Assembly (NCBI GenBank): GCA_030390025.1
Contig: CM059432.1
Location: 150,352,001 to 150,416,000 of the forward strand
Reading direction: 5' to 3'
Source: Squalus acanthias
Taxonomy: Eukaryota
DNA: 64,000 nucleotides
Shown here: piece by piece, positions 39,651-51,306 of the stretch
Numbering within the stretch: the stretch's first letter is position 1
Layout: the number at the start of each line of letters is the position of its first letter
Notes under the pieces: generated by a model
What the model was told of the DNA's origin: nothing
Databases searched by the model: none
The model's input: the letters and a program-made list of their open reading frames with translations, nothing else
Program-made: the position numbers and the translations under genes

Positions 39651-40216
39651 CTAAAAAATTGACAAGCACTGACTGAGACACTGAAATTAATAAAGGAGTG
39701 GTGTCATAAACAACTCTTATATGCCATTCTATTCTCACAATTTTCTATAAATATGGACTGAGCACATTGATCTTGAACAGTATAGACCTTGGTTGTTGTG
39801 CAACTGCGACTACTACAGTGGTTTGGCAATGCATAACTGACATTGTGGTGTTTCAGCTTTCATTGTGGAACAGTACTGGGTATCTATATCAGCACTCCAG
39901 GATGATAAAATTCCAGAATAAGAGACAGTGAAATACAGTAAATAAAGGAAAGGGCTTTTTTTGTCTCAACAGTTTTCTTTAAGCAAATTGTGCTTACGAT
40001 GCACTGCAAGATCAGCATTAAAAGCTAACATGACATCAAATCTGGAGAATGAATTACCATATGCTGCAACAACTTATGAACTAGTATATATATATATATA
40101 TATATATTATTTTGGTTTCTGAAGGCTGGTCCCGAAGCATTATTAACACGCCATATTACAAAGCCAATCTACAAGAAAGTCAACAAGCACTTTGAAAAAT
40201 TAATACTATTTCTTAC

Positions 40217-40465
40217 CTCAGCTAAATTTCAGGAGCCAAGTTTTTTTTCACAAACTCACAGTTCGATGCTGCTATGTATCTGCCTTCCTGGAAGACATGA
40301 TTTTTTCCTTCTCCCCTGCTGCTCTCAGGAACGAGAGCTCACTCCACCCACACACAGGACTGTTAAGTCTACTGTAGCTATGTGATAACCATCCTCTTGC
40401 TCACAACCAGTTTTGGTCATGACGCTACAGAGGCAGATGATTGTCTGGTATATAGCCATTGGTCG
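40217..40465 (-). promoter_or_regulatory. Possible promoter and first exon
   Basis: Minus-strand CCAAT (40458-40462), TATATA (40449-40454), a TGACG half-CRE (40420-40424) and a GAG|GTAAGA donor at 40217. The CCAAT-TATA spacing is atypically short. Confidence 0.22.
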
Positions 40466-41111
40466 CTGGATCTTTAAAGAGCTGCTTCACCTACAACAAG
40501 CTGTGCTGTTCATTCACAAGGTTTCAACAAAAGAGAAGCTTATGCAGCTTAAAGCAGTGAAGCTGTTATCTAAAGACTGATAGCAATTTGAAATTTTTCC
40601 CCATGTACTGCACAATTACAGCCCAAGTACAAAAAAATCCTGAAATGATCATAAAAACTTGTTTTCTAAATACAGTGCAGCCTTGTTAAAAAGCTGGTAC
40701 TCATGGCAACAACAAAAAATCATTAGTGCTATAAATCAGCCTCAGGACAAGTATCCAGTTTATAGCTGTACACCTTAAAAAGTCATGAATGATTACAATG
40801 GCTAATGAATGCCTTTTGTGCCTATTAATATTCATACACAGAATAGCACAGAACAAATATCTAGCTCCTCTGCCATAAATGAGAGCAAGACAATAAACCG
40901 CACCCACAGGATAACCCATTTACTCTAAATCGTGTCTACTGCAGTCACACAACCAAGGAGAGGTTTCAATGGCTCTGCACCCAGGTGCACTGGGCACAGT
41001 GAATATCGGAACATCAAGTGAGTTGGAACGCCTGCCTGGAAAGGTACCCGCCCAACTTTCCTTTCATTCATTTCCTGCGTTGTGGAACCAACCAGGGAGC
41101 AGGCTATTTTA

Positions 41112-41692
41112 ATTCTCCGCTCCACTCCCACTCAGACCTCACCGTCCTCGGCCTCTTACACTGTTCCAATGAAGCTCAATGTAAGCTCGAGAAACAGCAC
41201 CTCATCTTTCGATTCGGCACTTTACAGCCTTCTGGACTCAACATAGAGTTCAACAATTTCAGACCATAACCTCTGCCCCTGTTCTTTTTTTTCCATTTAT
41301 TTATTTTTTCTCTCTCCCACATGGCAGCTGTCGATCATTCTGCCATTGCCATTTACACTTCATCTAGAGCCATCTTTTGTTTCTTAACTTGTCCCATTAC
41401 CATCTCCTTTTGCCTTGCACCATCATCCCTTTTGTCTCTTAATCTCTCCTGCCTTCTATCCTATCACAGACCTTCCCTTTTGTTCTTTCCTCCCCCTCCC
41501 CCCTCTCCCTGCCCCCTACACTTGCTTAAAAACCTGTTCCATCTCCAACTTTTTCCAGTTCTGACGAAGGGTCATCGACCTGAAACATTAACTCTGTTTC
41601 TCTCTCCACAGATGCTACCTGACCTGTTGAGTATTTCCAGCATTTTCTGTTTTTATTTCAGATTTCCAGCATCCGCAGTATTTTGCTTTTGT
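41112..41692 (+). mobile_element. Penelope-like element 3' end (GIY-YIG C-terminus plus pLTR)
   Basis: NSPLHSHSDLTVLGLLHCSNEAQCKLEKQHLIFRFGTLQPSGLNIEF. 14-bp TSD AGCAGGCTATTTTA (41098-41111) / AGCAGACTATTTTA (41693-41706). Confidence 0.88.
41557..41593 (+). ncRNA. Minimal type I hammerhead ribozyme motif (degenerate)
   Basis: AGTT-CTGACGA-A-GGGTC atc GACCT-GAAA-CATT-AACT: stem I is AGTT/AACT, the conserved core is present, and stem II is present. The stem III palindrome AACGTT is mutated to AACATT here. Confidence 0.65.
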
Positions 41693-43696
41693 AGCAGACT
41701 ATTTTAGATCTGGTAATGTGTAATGAGGTAGGATTAATTAATGATCTCATAGTAAAGGATCCTCTAGGGAAGAGTGATCATAGCATGTTAGAATTTCAAA
41801 TTCAGTTTGAGGGTGAGAAACTTGGGTCTCAAACTAGTGTCCTGAACTTAAATAAAGGCAATTACAAAGGTATGAAGACAGAGTTGGCTAAAGTGGACTG
41901 GGAACATAGATTAAAGGGTTAGACGGTAGATAAGCAGTGGCAGACATTTAATGAGATATTTCATAACTCTCAGCAAAGATATATTCCAGTGAGAAAGAAA
42001 GACTCTAAGAGAAGAATGAACCATCCGTGGCTAATTAAGGAAGTTAAGGAGGGCAATTAATTGAAAACAAAGGCATACAATGATGTGAAGATTAGTGGTA
42101 GGCCAGAGGATTGGGAAATTTTTAGAAACCAGCAAAGGATGACTAAAAAAATAATAAAGAGAGGGAAGATAGATGATGAGAGTAAACTAGCAAGAAATAT
42201 AAAAACAGACAGTAAGAGCTTTAACAGGTATATGAAAAGGAAGAGAGTAACTAAAGTAAACGTTGGTCCCTTAGAGGATGAGACTGGGAAATTAATAATG
42301 GGAAACGAGACTTTGAACAAATATTTTGTATCGGTCTTCACGGTAGAAGACACTAAAAGCATCCCAATAATAATAGAAAATCAAGGGGCTATAGGGAGGG
42401 GGGAATTTAAAACAATCACTATCACTAGAGAAAAAATACTAGGCAAACTTATGGGACTAAAGGTGGACAAGTCCCCTGGACCCGATGGCCTGCATCCTAG
42501 GGTCTTAAAAGAAGTGGCTGCAGAGATAGTGGATGCATTGGTTGTAATCTACCAAAATTCCCTGGATTCTGGAGAGGTCCCAGCGGATTGGAAAACCGCA
42601 AATGTAACACCCCTATTCAAGAAAGAAGGGAGACAGAAAGCAGGAAACTAGACCAGTTAGCCTAACATCTGTCATTGGGAAAATTCTGGAGTCCATTATT
42701 AAGGAAGTAGCAGCAGGACATTTAGAAAATCATACTCCAGTCAAGCAGAGTCAGCATGGTTTTATGAAAGGGAAATCATGTTTGACAAATTTGCTAGAGT
42801 TCTTTGAGGATGTAACGAGCAGGGTGGATAAAGGGGAACCAGTAGATGTGGTATATTTGGATTTCCAGAAGGCATTCGATAAGGTGCCACATAAAAGGTT
42901 ACTGCACAAGATAAGAGCTCACGGGGTTGGGGGTAATATATTAGTATGGATAGAGGATTGGCTAACTAACAGGAAACAGAGTCGGGATAAATGGGTCATT
43001 TTCCGGTTGGCAAACTGTAACTAGTGGGGTGCCACAGGGATCAGTGCTGGGGCCTCAGCTGTTTACAATCGATATTAATGACTTGGATGAAGGGACCGAG
43101 TGTAATGTAGCCAAATTTGCTGATGATACAAAGATAGGTGGGAAAGCAAGTTGTGAAGAGGACACAAAGAATCTGCAAAGGGATATACATAGGTTAAGTG
43201 AGTGGGCAAAAATTTGGCAGATGGAGTATAATGTGGGGAAATGCGAGGTTATCCACTTTGGAGGAATAATAAAAAAGCAAATTATTATTTAAATGAAGAG
43301 AGACTACAAAATGCTGCGGTACAGAGGGATCTGGGGGTCCTTGTGCATGAAACACAAAAAGTTAGCATGCAGGTACAGCAAGTAATTAGGAAGGCAAATA
43401 GAATGTTGGCCTTTATTGCAAGGGGGATGGAGTATAAAAGTAGGGAAGTCTTGCTACAACTGTACAGGGTGTTGGTGAGACCACACCTAGAGTACTGCGT
43501 ACAGTTTTGGACTCCTTATTTAAGGAGGGATATACTTGCATTGGAGGCAATTCAGAGAAGGTTCACTAGGTTAATTCCTGAGATGAAGGGGTTGTCTTAT
43601 GAAGAAATGTTGAGCAGGTTGGGCCTATACTCATTGGAATTTAGAAGATTGAGAGGTGATCTTTTGAAACATATAAGATTCTGAGGGGGCTTGACA

Positions 43697-44165
43697 GAAA
43701 GAAAGAAAGACTTGCATTTATATAGCGTCTTTCATGACCACCGGACGTCTCAAAGCGCTTTACAGCCAATGAAGTACTTTTGAAGTGGAGTCACTGTTGT
43801 AATGTAGGAAACGCGGCAGCCAATTTGCGCACAGCAAGCTCCCACAAACAGCAATGTGATAATGACCAGATAATCTGATTTGGTTGTGTTGGTTGAGGGA
43901 TAAATAATGGCCAGGACACCGGGGATAACTCCCCTGCTCTTCTTCGAAATAGTGCCATGGGATCTTTTACGTCCACCTGAGAGAACAAACGGGGCCTCAG
44001 TTTAATGTCTCATCCGAAACACAGTACCTCCAACAGTGCAGCACTCCCTCAGCACAGCACTGGAGTGTCACCCTAGCTTTATGTATTCAAGTCCCTGGAG
44101 TGGGACTTGAACCCACAACCTTCTGACTCAGAGGCGAGTGTGCTACCAACTGAGCCACAGATGAC
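43697..44165 (-). mobile_element. Full-length Deu-SINE inserted in CR1
   Basis: Complete head, core and tail; the CR1 sequence resumes with TGACAG on both sides. Confidence 0.92.
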
Positions 44166-44570
44166 AGGGTAGATGCAGAGAGGATGTTTCCCCTCGTGGG
44201 GGAATCTATAACTAGTGGGCATAGTTTCAGAATAAGGGGTCGCCCATTTAAAATGGAAATGAGGAGGAATTTCTTCTCTCAGAGGGTCGTGAATCTTTGG
44301 AATTCTCTTCCCCAGAGAGCTGTGGAGGCTGGGTCATTGAATATATTTAAGGTGGAGATAGACAGATTTTTGAACGATAAGGGAGTCGAGGGTTATGGGG
44401 AGCGGGCAGGGAAGTGGAGTTGAAGCCAAGACCAGGTCAGCCATGATCTTATTGAATGACGGAGCAGGCTCGAGGGGCCAAATGGCCCACTCCTGCGCCT
44501 ATTTCTTATGCGTACAAACCCAGGTAAATCTGCTCTCTAACAACCAAAGCATAGGTCTCTAAACTTTACA

Positions 44571-45110
44571 GCAACAACAACTTGTATTTATATAGCGCCC
44601 TTAACATAGTAAAACGTCCCAAGGTGCTTCACAGGAGTATTATGACACAAAAATTTGACACCGAGCCACATAAGAAATTAGGGCAGATGACCAAAGAGGT
44701 AGGTTTTAAGGAGCGTCTTAAAGGAGGAAAGAAAGGTAGAGGGGCGGACAGGTTTAGGGAGGGAATTCCAGAGCTTAGGGCCTAGGCAACAGAAGGCACA
44801 GCTACCAATGGTTGAGCGATTATAATCAGGGATGCTCAAGAGGGCAGAAATCTCGGCGGGGTGGGGGGGGGGAGTTGTGGGGCTGAAGGAGGTTACAGAG
44901 ATAGGGAGGGGCGAGGCCATGGAGGGATTGAAAACAATGATAAGAATTTTGAAATCGAAGCGTTGCTTAACCAGGAGCCAATGGAGGTCAGCGAGCACAG
45001 GGGTGATGGGTGAGCAGGTTTTGGTGCGAGTTAGGACACGGGTAGCCAAGTTTTGGATGACCTCAAGTTTACGTAGGGTAGAACGTGGGAGGCCGGCCAG
45101 GAGTGCATTT
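44571..45110 (-). mobile_element. L2-clade LINE 3' fragment
   Basis: SPITPVLADLHWLLVKQRFDFKILI and GPKLWNSLP...SSFKTLLKTYLF, with a (TTG)n tail. Confidence 0.9.
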
Positions 45111-45135
45111 ATTCAGTTTCCTTGGGAAAAACTGA

Positions 45136-45723
45136 CCAATGAAATTATTTTGTATTTTACCTGTTTTCCCCCTATCTTTCCTTCCTTTGCCCATGTATGA
45201 AAAATAATGATAAGGCCCAGAACACGAAGTGCAGGGTGGTGTACTGGGTTAGCTCTCCATCTCCTGAGAGAACAAACGGGGCCTCAGTTTAATGTCTCAT
45301 CCGAAACACGGTACCTCCAACAGTGCAGCACTCCCTCAGCACTGCACTGGAGTGTCACCCTAGCTTTATGTATTCAAGTCCCTGGAGTGGGACTTGAACC
45401 CACAAGCTTCTGACTCAGAGGCGAGTGTGCTACCAACTGAGCCACAGATGACAGGGTAGATGCAGAGAGGATGTTTCCCCTCATGGGGAATCTATAACTT
45501 GGGGGCATAGTTTCAGAATAAGGGGTCGCCCATTTAAAATGGAAATGAGGAGGAATTTCTTCTCTCAGAGGGTCGTGAATCTTTGGAATTCTCTTCCCCA
45601 ATGAAATTATTTTGTATTTTACCTGTTTTCCCCCTATCTTTCCTTCCTTTGCCCATGTATGAAAAATAATGATAAGGCCCAGAACACGAAGTGCAGGGTG
45701 GTGTACTGGGTTAGCTCTCCATC
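45136..45723 (+). repeat. Local duplication: 126-bp direct repeats flanking a copy of 43976-44314
   Basis: 45136-45261 equals 45598-45723. 45263-45600 is a close copy (a few substitutions and one 1-bp indel) of the SINE/CR1 junction at 43976-44314. Confidence 0.93.
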
Positions 45724-46030
45724 CTATGCCTCTGGCATTAGAACTTTAATCCAGCCCATACTGATGGGATGGAAGTCTCATGTGTAAAGTAGGTTTGGTA
45801 GTCTCAACCTACTTCATACTAGGTGTTTGTCCACAGCATAATCTGGCACAAAATTGATCATCTTACCAAGAGTAGCTGATGTGGCAAGAGAAAAATTGGC
45901 CACTGATTCAGTAGGAGGTGTTTTTCTAAGGTTGGGGTTAAGGTACGATGTTAGAGCAGAGTAAAGAGGAGCTTACTCTAGAACAGATAGAGCTAAACCT
46001 AGCTGTGGAGAGCTTCATGCTGTGTTGCTT
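45690..46030 (+). mobile_element. Ancient LF-SINE-like relic
   Basis: AATCCAGCCCA..TGATGGGATGGAAGT, TTGGTAGTCTCA, GTCCACAGCA and GGTTGGGGTTAAGG resemble the LF-SINE consensus as I recall it, and resemble 58.42-58.64 kb. Confidence 0.45.
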
Positions 46031-46887
46031 GAATTGATAATGATGTCACATCCCCACTTCATTGAAATCAATGGATGATACTGTAACGGTAATGCTTCCT
46101 ATTCTTACTTCCTCCAAAGGTGGCGCTGCAACCTCTAAAAAAAATCAATGTTATAAAAATGCCTGTTATCTTTATCTGCTACAGAGGTGGCACTGTAAGC
46201 TATCTCAGCCTGTTATGATAAACCCTGCTAAATAACATATCACTTCCTCCAACTAACCATGAGCAAGATCACGGGAGATTCACTGAGAAGTGTAAAATAG
46301 GGGAAACATGACAGCATCAGAAGTCATGCCTAAGCCAGTCCAAATTACACTAAATCCATTCAGACCAGCCTGATTAGCTCATTCTGTAGTCCATTTGATG
46401 CTAGGCTGGGGAGGTGAGAAGATCAGAGGGACAAACTTCAGGAACTGAATGGTTTTTCCTTGTCTTTGCCTTTTCTGTATTCTTAAATTGTGTTTATTTT
46501 AAAAACTCTTACTATGGCTGATTTTCTTAAACACTTTCTTTAGCCACTAACTAGCTTTTTTAGTTTCAAATAGGAATGCCTCAGATTTATTTCTGTACGG
46601 ATATTCTACATAAAATTACATCTCTAGTATTATGGAATATAATGAGAATGAAGTACAGAACACATATTTGTTCATAACTAAAGCACAAAGAGAAGCAAAT
46701 ATTAATATAGTTCTCAAAAGGGTTAATGTCAACCCTGTAGAGGTGCATAGAAACCCAAGGCAAAATCTTAACTTAAAAAAAAATGCAGACTTAACAAAGA
46801 CTAAACAAACCATTGCCAAAATATTTAACTATGTTTTAAGGTAAGCTCAATGATCAGCTCTTTCATTCACCTGATGACTGAACCCAT

Positions 46888-47037
46888 GGGGGTGAAATTG
46901 GTATTCGGCGATAACACAAAACAGGCGGTAACAAATCAGCAGCTCGTTTTACACTCCGTCAACGGAAAAGAAAATTGGACGGGGTGTAAAATGGGCTGTT
47001 GAGTCGTTTTGCGCTACCACCAAAGAGCATTGCACCC
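46888..47037. mobile_element. Small Harbinger-type MITE (~150 bp)
   Basis: Ends GGGGGTGAAATTG / CATTGCACCC, with internal inverted TTTACACTCCGTC / GACGGGGTGTAAA. Confidence 0.55.
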
Positions 47038-47325
47038 TTCCCAATAGTTTTCTTCTTTAAGTATTGAAAGGACTGTCTGTAAATTGATTGATGCTGGCCT
47101 AACATTGATTTTTCTTCCTACATCTACTCAACATGGTACGAGAACATGGACATCTCCATACATTCATGATAAAGATTTGACCTTTATTGTATCTGTCTCT
47201 CAAAGATTGCATTCAATTATGAGAACTTATTAGCACACGGACAAACACCTTCACACTAATTATGCACTGAACATTTTGTCCATGTACATTTTACAAAACA
47301 GCCCTCAGTACCAGAATTAAAAATA

Positions 47326-49540
47326 GGGTCCTAGAAATTCAATTAGGGGGAAAGGGCCATTGCCACCGCAGGGCTAAGTTAACCACCACTCGCAAAAAAG
47401 CGTAGGCAGCACCGGTATTTTGGTGCTGCCTGCGGAGTTAAATTAGCACAGAGCAAAACCTACCATGTAACGCACTGTTTCGGGTAGTCTTAGCATGAGG
47501 CCCAATGTAGTGTGGCTGTAGCGTCCCTGGAGCGAGGCAGCGTTGTCTTAAAGCTATCCTGTCATTTTAGAAAGCAGTGTCGATCCCTTGAAGGGGAACT
47601 GCCTTTTAAAATGAAAAAAATAAAAATAATTTAAAAATAGGCAGTCTTTAGCCCTTAGGGCTCAACTGCCTTCTGAAAAAAGTAAACATTAAAAATAATT
47701 CCAAAATAGCAGTCTTCGCTCTTAAAGCTGAACTGTCTCCTGCACGTAAAAAAAAGGTAAAAATGCTTCAGCACTAACACAAATGGCTCAACAAGCCAGG
47801 GAAGGGGCATCCAGGGTCTCGCACGCAGCACTCCAGCTTTGTGCAGGGGGTCAACACTGAAAGAGAGGTCTTCTACCCACAGGGGGCTAGGAGGCCCTCC
47901 AGGAAGAATGATGTGGGACCAGATCACCGAGGCCGTCACTGCCAGCAGTGTCACCCCCACCACCTGGCTCCAGTGCCCAAAGAAGTTACATGACTTCAGA
48001 CCGGTGGTCAAGGTCAGTGAATGCATCTTCAAATGCCATCTCCTACCAACTGCACCACTAGCCTCACACACGGCTCATTGCACGACCCACCCACACCCAT
48101 CACTCACCTACCAACAATCTGTACCAAACACGAGGCACACCTCCCGTTCCTAGCTTCATCTCACCTCATTGGAGGAGACGGTGCTGGCCATTTTTGGCAG
48201 GGGCATGGTAGAGCCCTTGGCCAGCGGCGGGGCTGAAAGGATACAAGATGCTGGTATCTCATATGTTATCCTTCTCACATTCCACAATATCTTCTGATTT
48301 ACAAGTTGCGTATGGTGTAAGCATGCAGCACTCGCTTTCCTGCCCTCCCCTCACAACTCTACCCTTGTGCCTTTCTCATTTCAAACACCCAAGAAATTCA
48401 GCCTGCCCAGATGGGAGGAGAGGAAATGGGGGAAGGGGGAAAGAAGAGGAGGAGGAGAAAGAAGAGGAGTAGGAGAAGGAGAAAGAGGAGGAGGAGTCAT
48501 TTTGACACTCTCAGCCACCAGCTCCTCAAGGTCGTCCTGCACAGCCAACTGAAAGTTAGCAGTCTCCCACCAGCCATGCTGCAGCCACTGGGATAGCACT
48601 GCATGACATTACTAGGATAGGCAAAGGCACACACAAGACAGTCACTAAGGGAATGCAAAAGGGTGATTAGTTGATTTCTTGATGTCATATTGGATGCACA
48701 GATGGATAAATTGGAATTGGAAAGAATGCTTTGTGGTGGCTTTTATTTCAGCATTGTGGCCAAGAGGACGCTGTGATGGTCAGTAACAGAGGGAAGGTAA
48801 TGCTTGGGACAAATGGTGAAAGGGGAATTGGGGTTGTGGTCACTGGTACCGCAGATATTCCGGCCAGAAAGGGGCTGTCTGGGTTGCATCCTTCCTTCTG
48901 CGCCTTCCTCTTCTGTGTCTTCCTCTTCCCTCTGTGAGCGGATGCTGGAAATCTGAAATAAAAGCAGAAAATGCTGGAAATACTCAGCAGGTCAGGCAAC
49001 GTTGCGACCTGAGACGTTAACTCTGTTTCTCTCTCCACGGATGTTGCCTGATCTGCTGAGTATTTCCAGCATTTTCTGTCTTCTCAGAGGTGTTCCTTTA
49101 CCATCCAAAGCCTTGCAAGCATCCAGCAGCACTCACTGCACAATTAAAAACTTTTTTAATCTATTGCACCAAGCCACTACCTCAATAAAATATTTTTAAA
49201 AGTCCAAAAGCTTAAAACCAATCTTACCTGAAAGATGCGTATGTCCCTTTAAGAAGTGTTGACAGCGTCTCTGCAGGGCTGCTTCACGCACGCTTTTCTG
49301 TGCGTGGTTCGGACACAGCGTAAAGGAGAGCGAGACCGTCCAAATTAACAGTCGTGGCGTCAAGTCAGGCGTTGCACGGCGACTGACGTCATGATCTGCG
49401 AATTTACACTTCAGAGGCCAGCGCTGTCAACGGCAGCGCTATGGGCCTCACCGAAATGGCGGCCCAAAGCGAGACAGCTGCCATTTTTTCAACACAACCG
49501 GCCTAGTCGGCCGGTGCTACACCGGGGAGTTTCTAGGCCC
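47326..49540 (+). mobile_element. Non-autonomous Harbinger deletion derivative with Myb exon 1 relic
   Basis: TIRs GGGTCCTAGAAATTC / GAGTTTCTAGGCCC. ATG at 47783 (MAQQAREGASRVSHAALQ, then a frameshift, ...WDQITEAVTASSVTPTTWLQCPKKLHDFRPVVK|GTCAGT). Fragments colinear with exons 2 and 3 and the 3' region of the 53-57 kb element. Confidence 0.85.
48938..49080. mobile_element. Short Penelope-derived inverted pLTR fragment inside the Harbinger derivative
   Basis: CAGAAAATGCTGGAAATACTCAGCAGGTCAGGCAAC is inverted against GTTGCCTGATCTGCTGAGTATTTCCAGCATTTTCTG. It retains GACCTGAGACGTTAACT, the 3' half of the hammerhead motif. Confidence 0.8.
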
Positions 49541-50260
49541 GGATGTTTAAATGAGGTGGTAGGTGAGATTCTGAAATTTCAAACAGGGTAAGAAGCTTAC
49601 CTAGTTCCCAAGGATTCAGTAACAAATTGAAAAAGCTCTTGAACCATCATTATGGACCTCTAATGACCTACAGTGTTAAAATAACTGACAAGCACAACTC
49701 CTTTGACATTGTAATAACCGACTCAAGGGGAAAAAATGTTGCTTTACTAAAAACGAAGCAATGCTGTTAAAACTACTAGCATTGCCCTGCTGAATTCTGA
49801 GTTACTGTATTGCAAATTCTGTTGCAACATAAAATATATAAAATTCTACAGCACAAATTACTTAGGTGCAAATGGAGATCAATTAAGCAATTTCCTGAAG
49901 AGCCCAGTGCTTAATTAACAAAAGCCAAAATAGAGATGTAACAGACTGCTGATTACCATCTCTGGCTTGGACAATCAGGTAACTTAAACCTACTGGTTCC
50001 TGTAAACACAAGCTTGCGATGCAAGAAAAAACTGAAGTCATAAAACACTTCTCATCCCCAAAGAGCTTCTGTAAACATTACCCCTTCTGATACATCTCAC
50101 TGTAGTTCAGAAATATTGTCCAATATTATCTGTTGTATTAAAATGTGCACTCTTTGAAAGTGGCAACAGCTATTAACTTCCATATGTATTCACTTAGAAA
50201 TGTTGACACATAACCTGTTCCTTCTGTAGTCAAGACTAAGTATGAAGTATTAGAATTAAA

Positions 50261-50827
50261 GGGGGAGAAATTTGGTGGCGCCCCCTTTGGGGCACTACTT
50301 TTAGCGCCCCTGCACCGTAAATTCAGTGGTAGCGCCCCAAGCAGGAGGTGGGGCACTACAGGAAGTGCTCCACCTCCTTCCTGGGGTGCTACAACTGAAT
50401 ATCGCGGCGCTACGTGAAACAGCGCCACGTGTGTCGGGACGTTGCGCCGCGGTATTGCAGGCCTCCCTCCCCTGATTAAAGGGGAGGCGTCCTGCTGGAC
50501 CACCGGGGAGCAGGAAAGCAGCCCGGCACTTAAGAGGAGTGCAGGGCTGAGCGATCGCAGTCGGTACCCCGAATAAAAAAAGGGGAAGGGGGCAGGTGCT
50601 GGCAGTCGGCCAAAAAAAAATGTCCGCCCGACACCTGCCCTTTAACTTGTACCGCCACGGCTGCAAAAACGCCACCCTGACCCTGTCATACATATCTTCC
50701 GGCGATAGGTCAGGGGACGCTACTTAAGTTTGTGGCCGGGGCGCTGCGCACGGCGATGACAAAATTGCCGGCGGCACAGCAACGCGGGGCACTAACGGGA
50801 GACGCAAAGCAACCCAATTTTCCCCCC
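50261..50827. mobile_element. Harbinger-type MITE
   Basis: TIR GGGGGAGAAATTTGG / CCAATTTTCCCCCC flanked by AAA on both sides, with many TAGCGCCC / GGGGCRCTA subterminal motifs. Confidence 0.75.
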
Positions 50828-51075
50828 AAAATCCTTAGAAAAATTAATTTAGATTTTTTTCCATTCATAATTTTGGAAATTATTTATTTTTGAAATGTAC
50901 AAGTCAATTAACACCTATTCTCTTAAAAAAAATCAATAAATATATTTATAAATTAAGTTCCAGTTGAATACACTTGTATTTTCATACCTTTATGCAGCAC
51001 TCAGGAACTGTGGCTCACTTCTCCCCCCACCTTTGCATAAATAACTTGGTCCAAGTTGTCAATCTCTTTTAAAAA

Positions 51076-51306
51076 TGAAAGAACTTGCATTTATATAGTG
51101 TCCTTCATGATCTCAGTATGTCCCAAAGCACTTTACAGCCAATGAAGTACTTTTGAAATGTTGTAACTGTTGTAATGTAGGAAATGTGGTAGCCAATTTG
51201 TGCACAGCAAGGTCCCACAAACAGCAATGTGGTAATGACCAGATAATCTGTTTTAGTGATGTTGGTTGAGGGATAAATGTTGGCCTAGGACACCAGGGAG
51301 AACTCT
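51076..51306 (-). mobile_element. Deu-SINE 3' half
   Basis: Reverse-complement tail CTTGCATTTATATAG...CCAGGGAGAACTC. Confidence 0.8.

Larger units (their letters stand above)
41078..44510 (+). mobile_element. CR1 LINE ORF2 region, interrupted by a PLE fragment and a SINE
   Basis: Reads VEPTREQAI|LDLVMCNE across the PLE insertion. Motifs LGKSDH, KSPGPDGLHPRVLKE, YLDFQKAFDKVPH, PQGSVLGP, KFADDTK, RPHLEYCVQFW and RRNFFSQRVVNLWNSLP, plus a 3' tail. Confidence 0.95.

Noticed and set aside
41078..44510. Active autonomous LINE
   Set aside because: 5'-truncated, with several stops and frameshifts and two nested insertions.
46105..46200. CTCF-like motifs (AGGTGGCGCTG, AGGTGGCACTG; also CCACCAGAGGCGC near 58060)
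   Set aside because: Only partial matches to the CTCF core; not supportable without PWM scoring or ChIP data.
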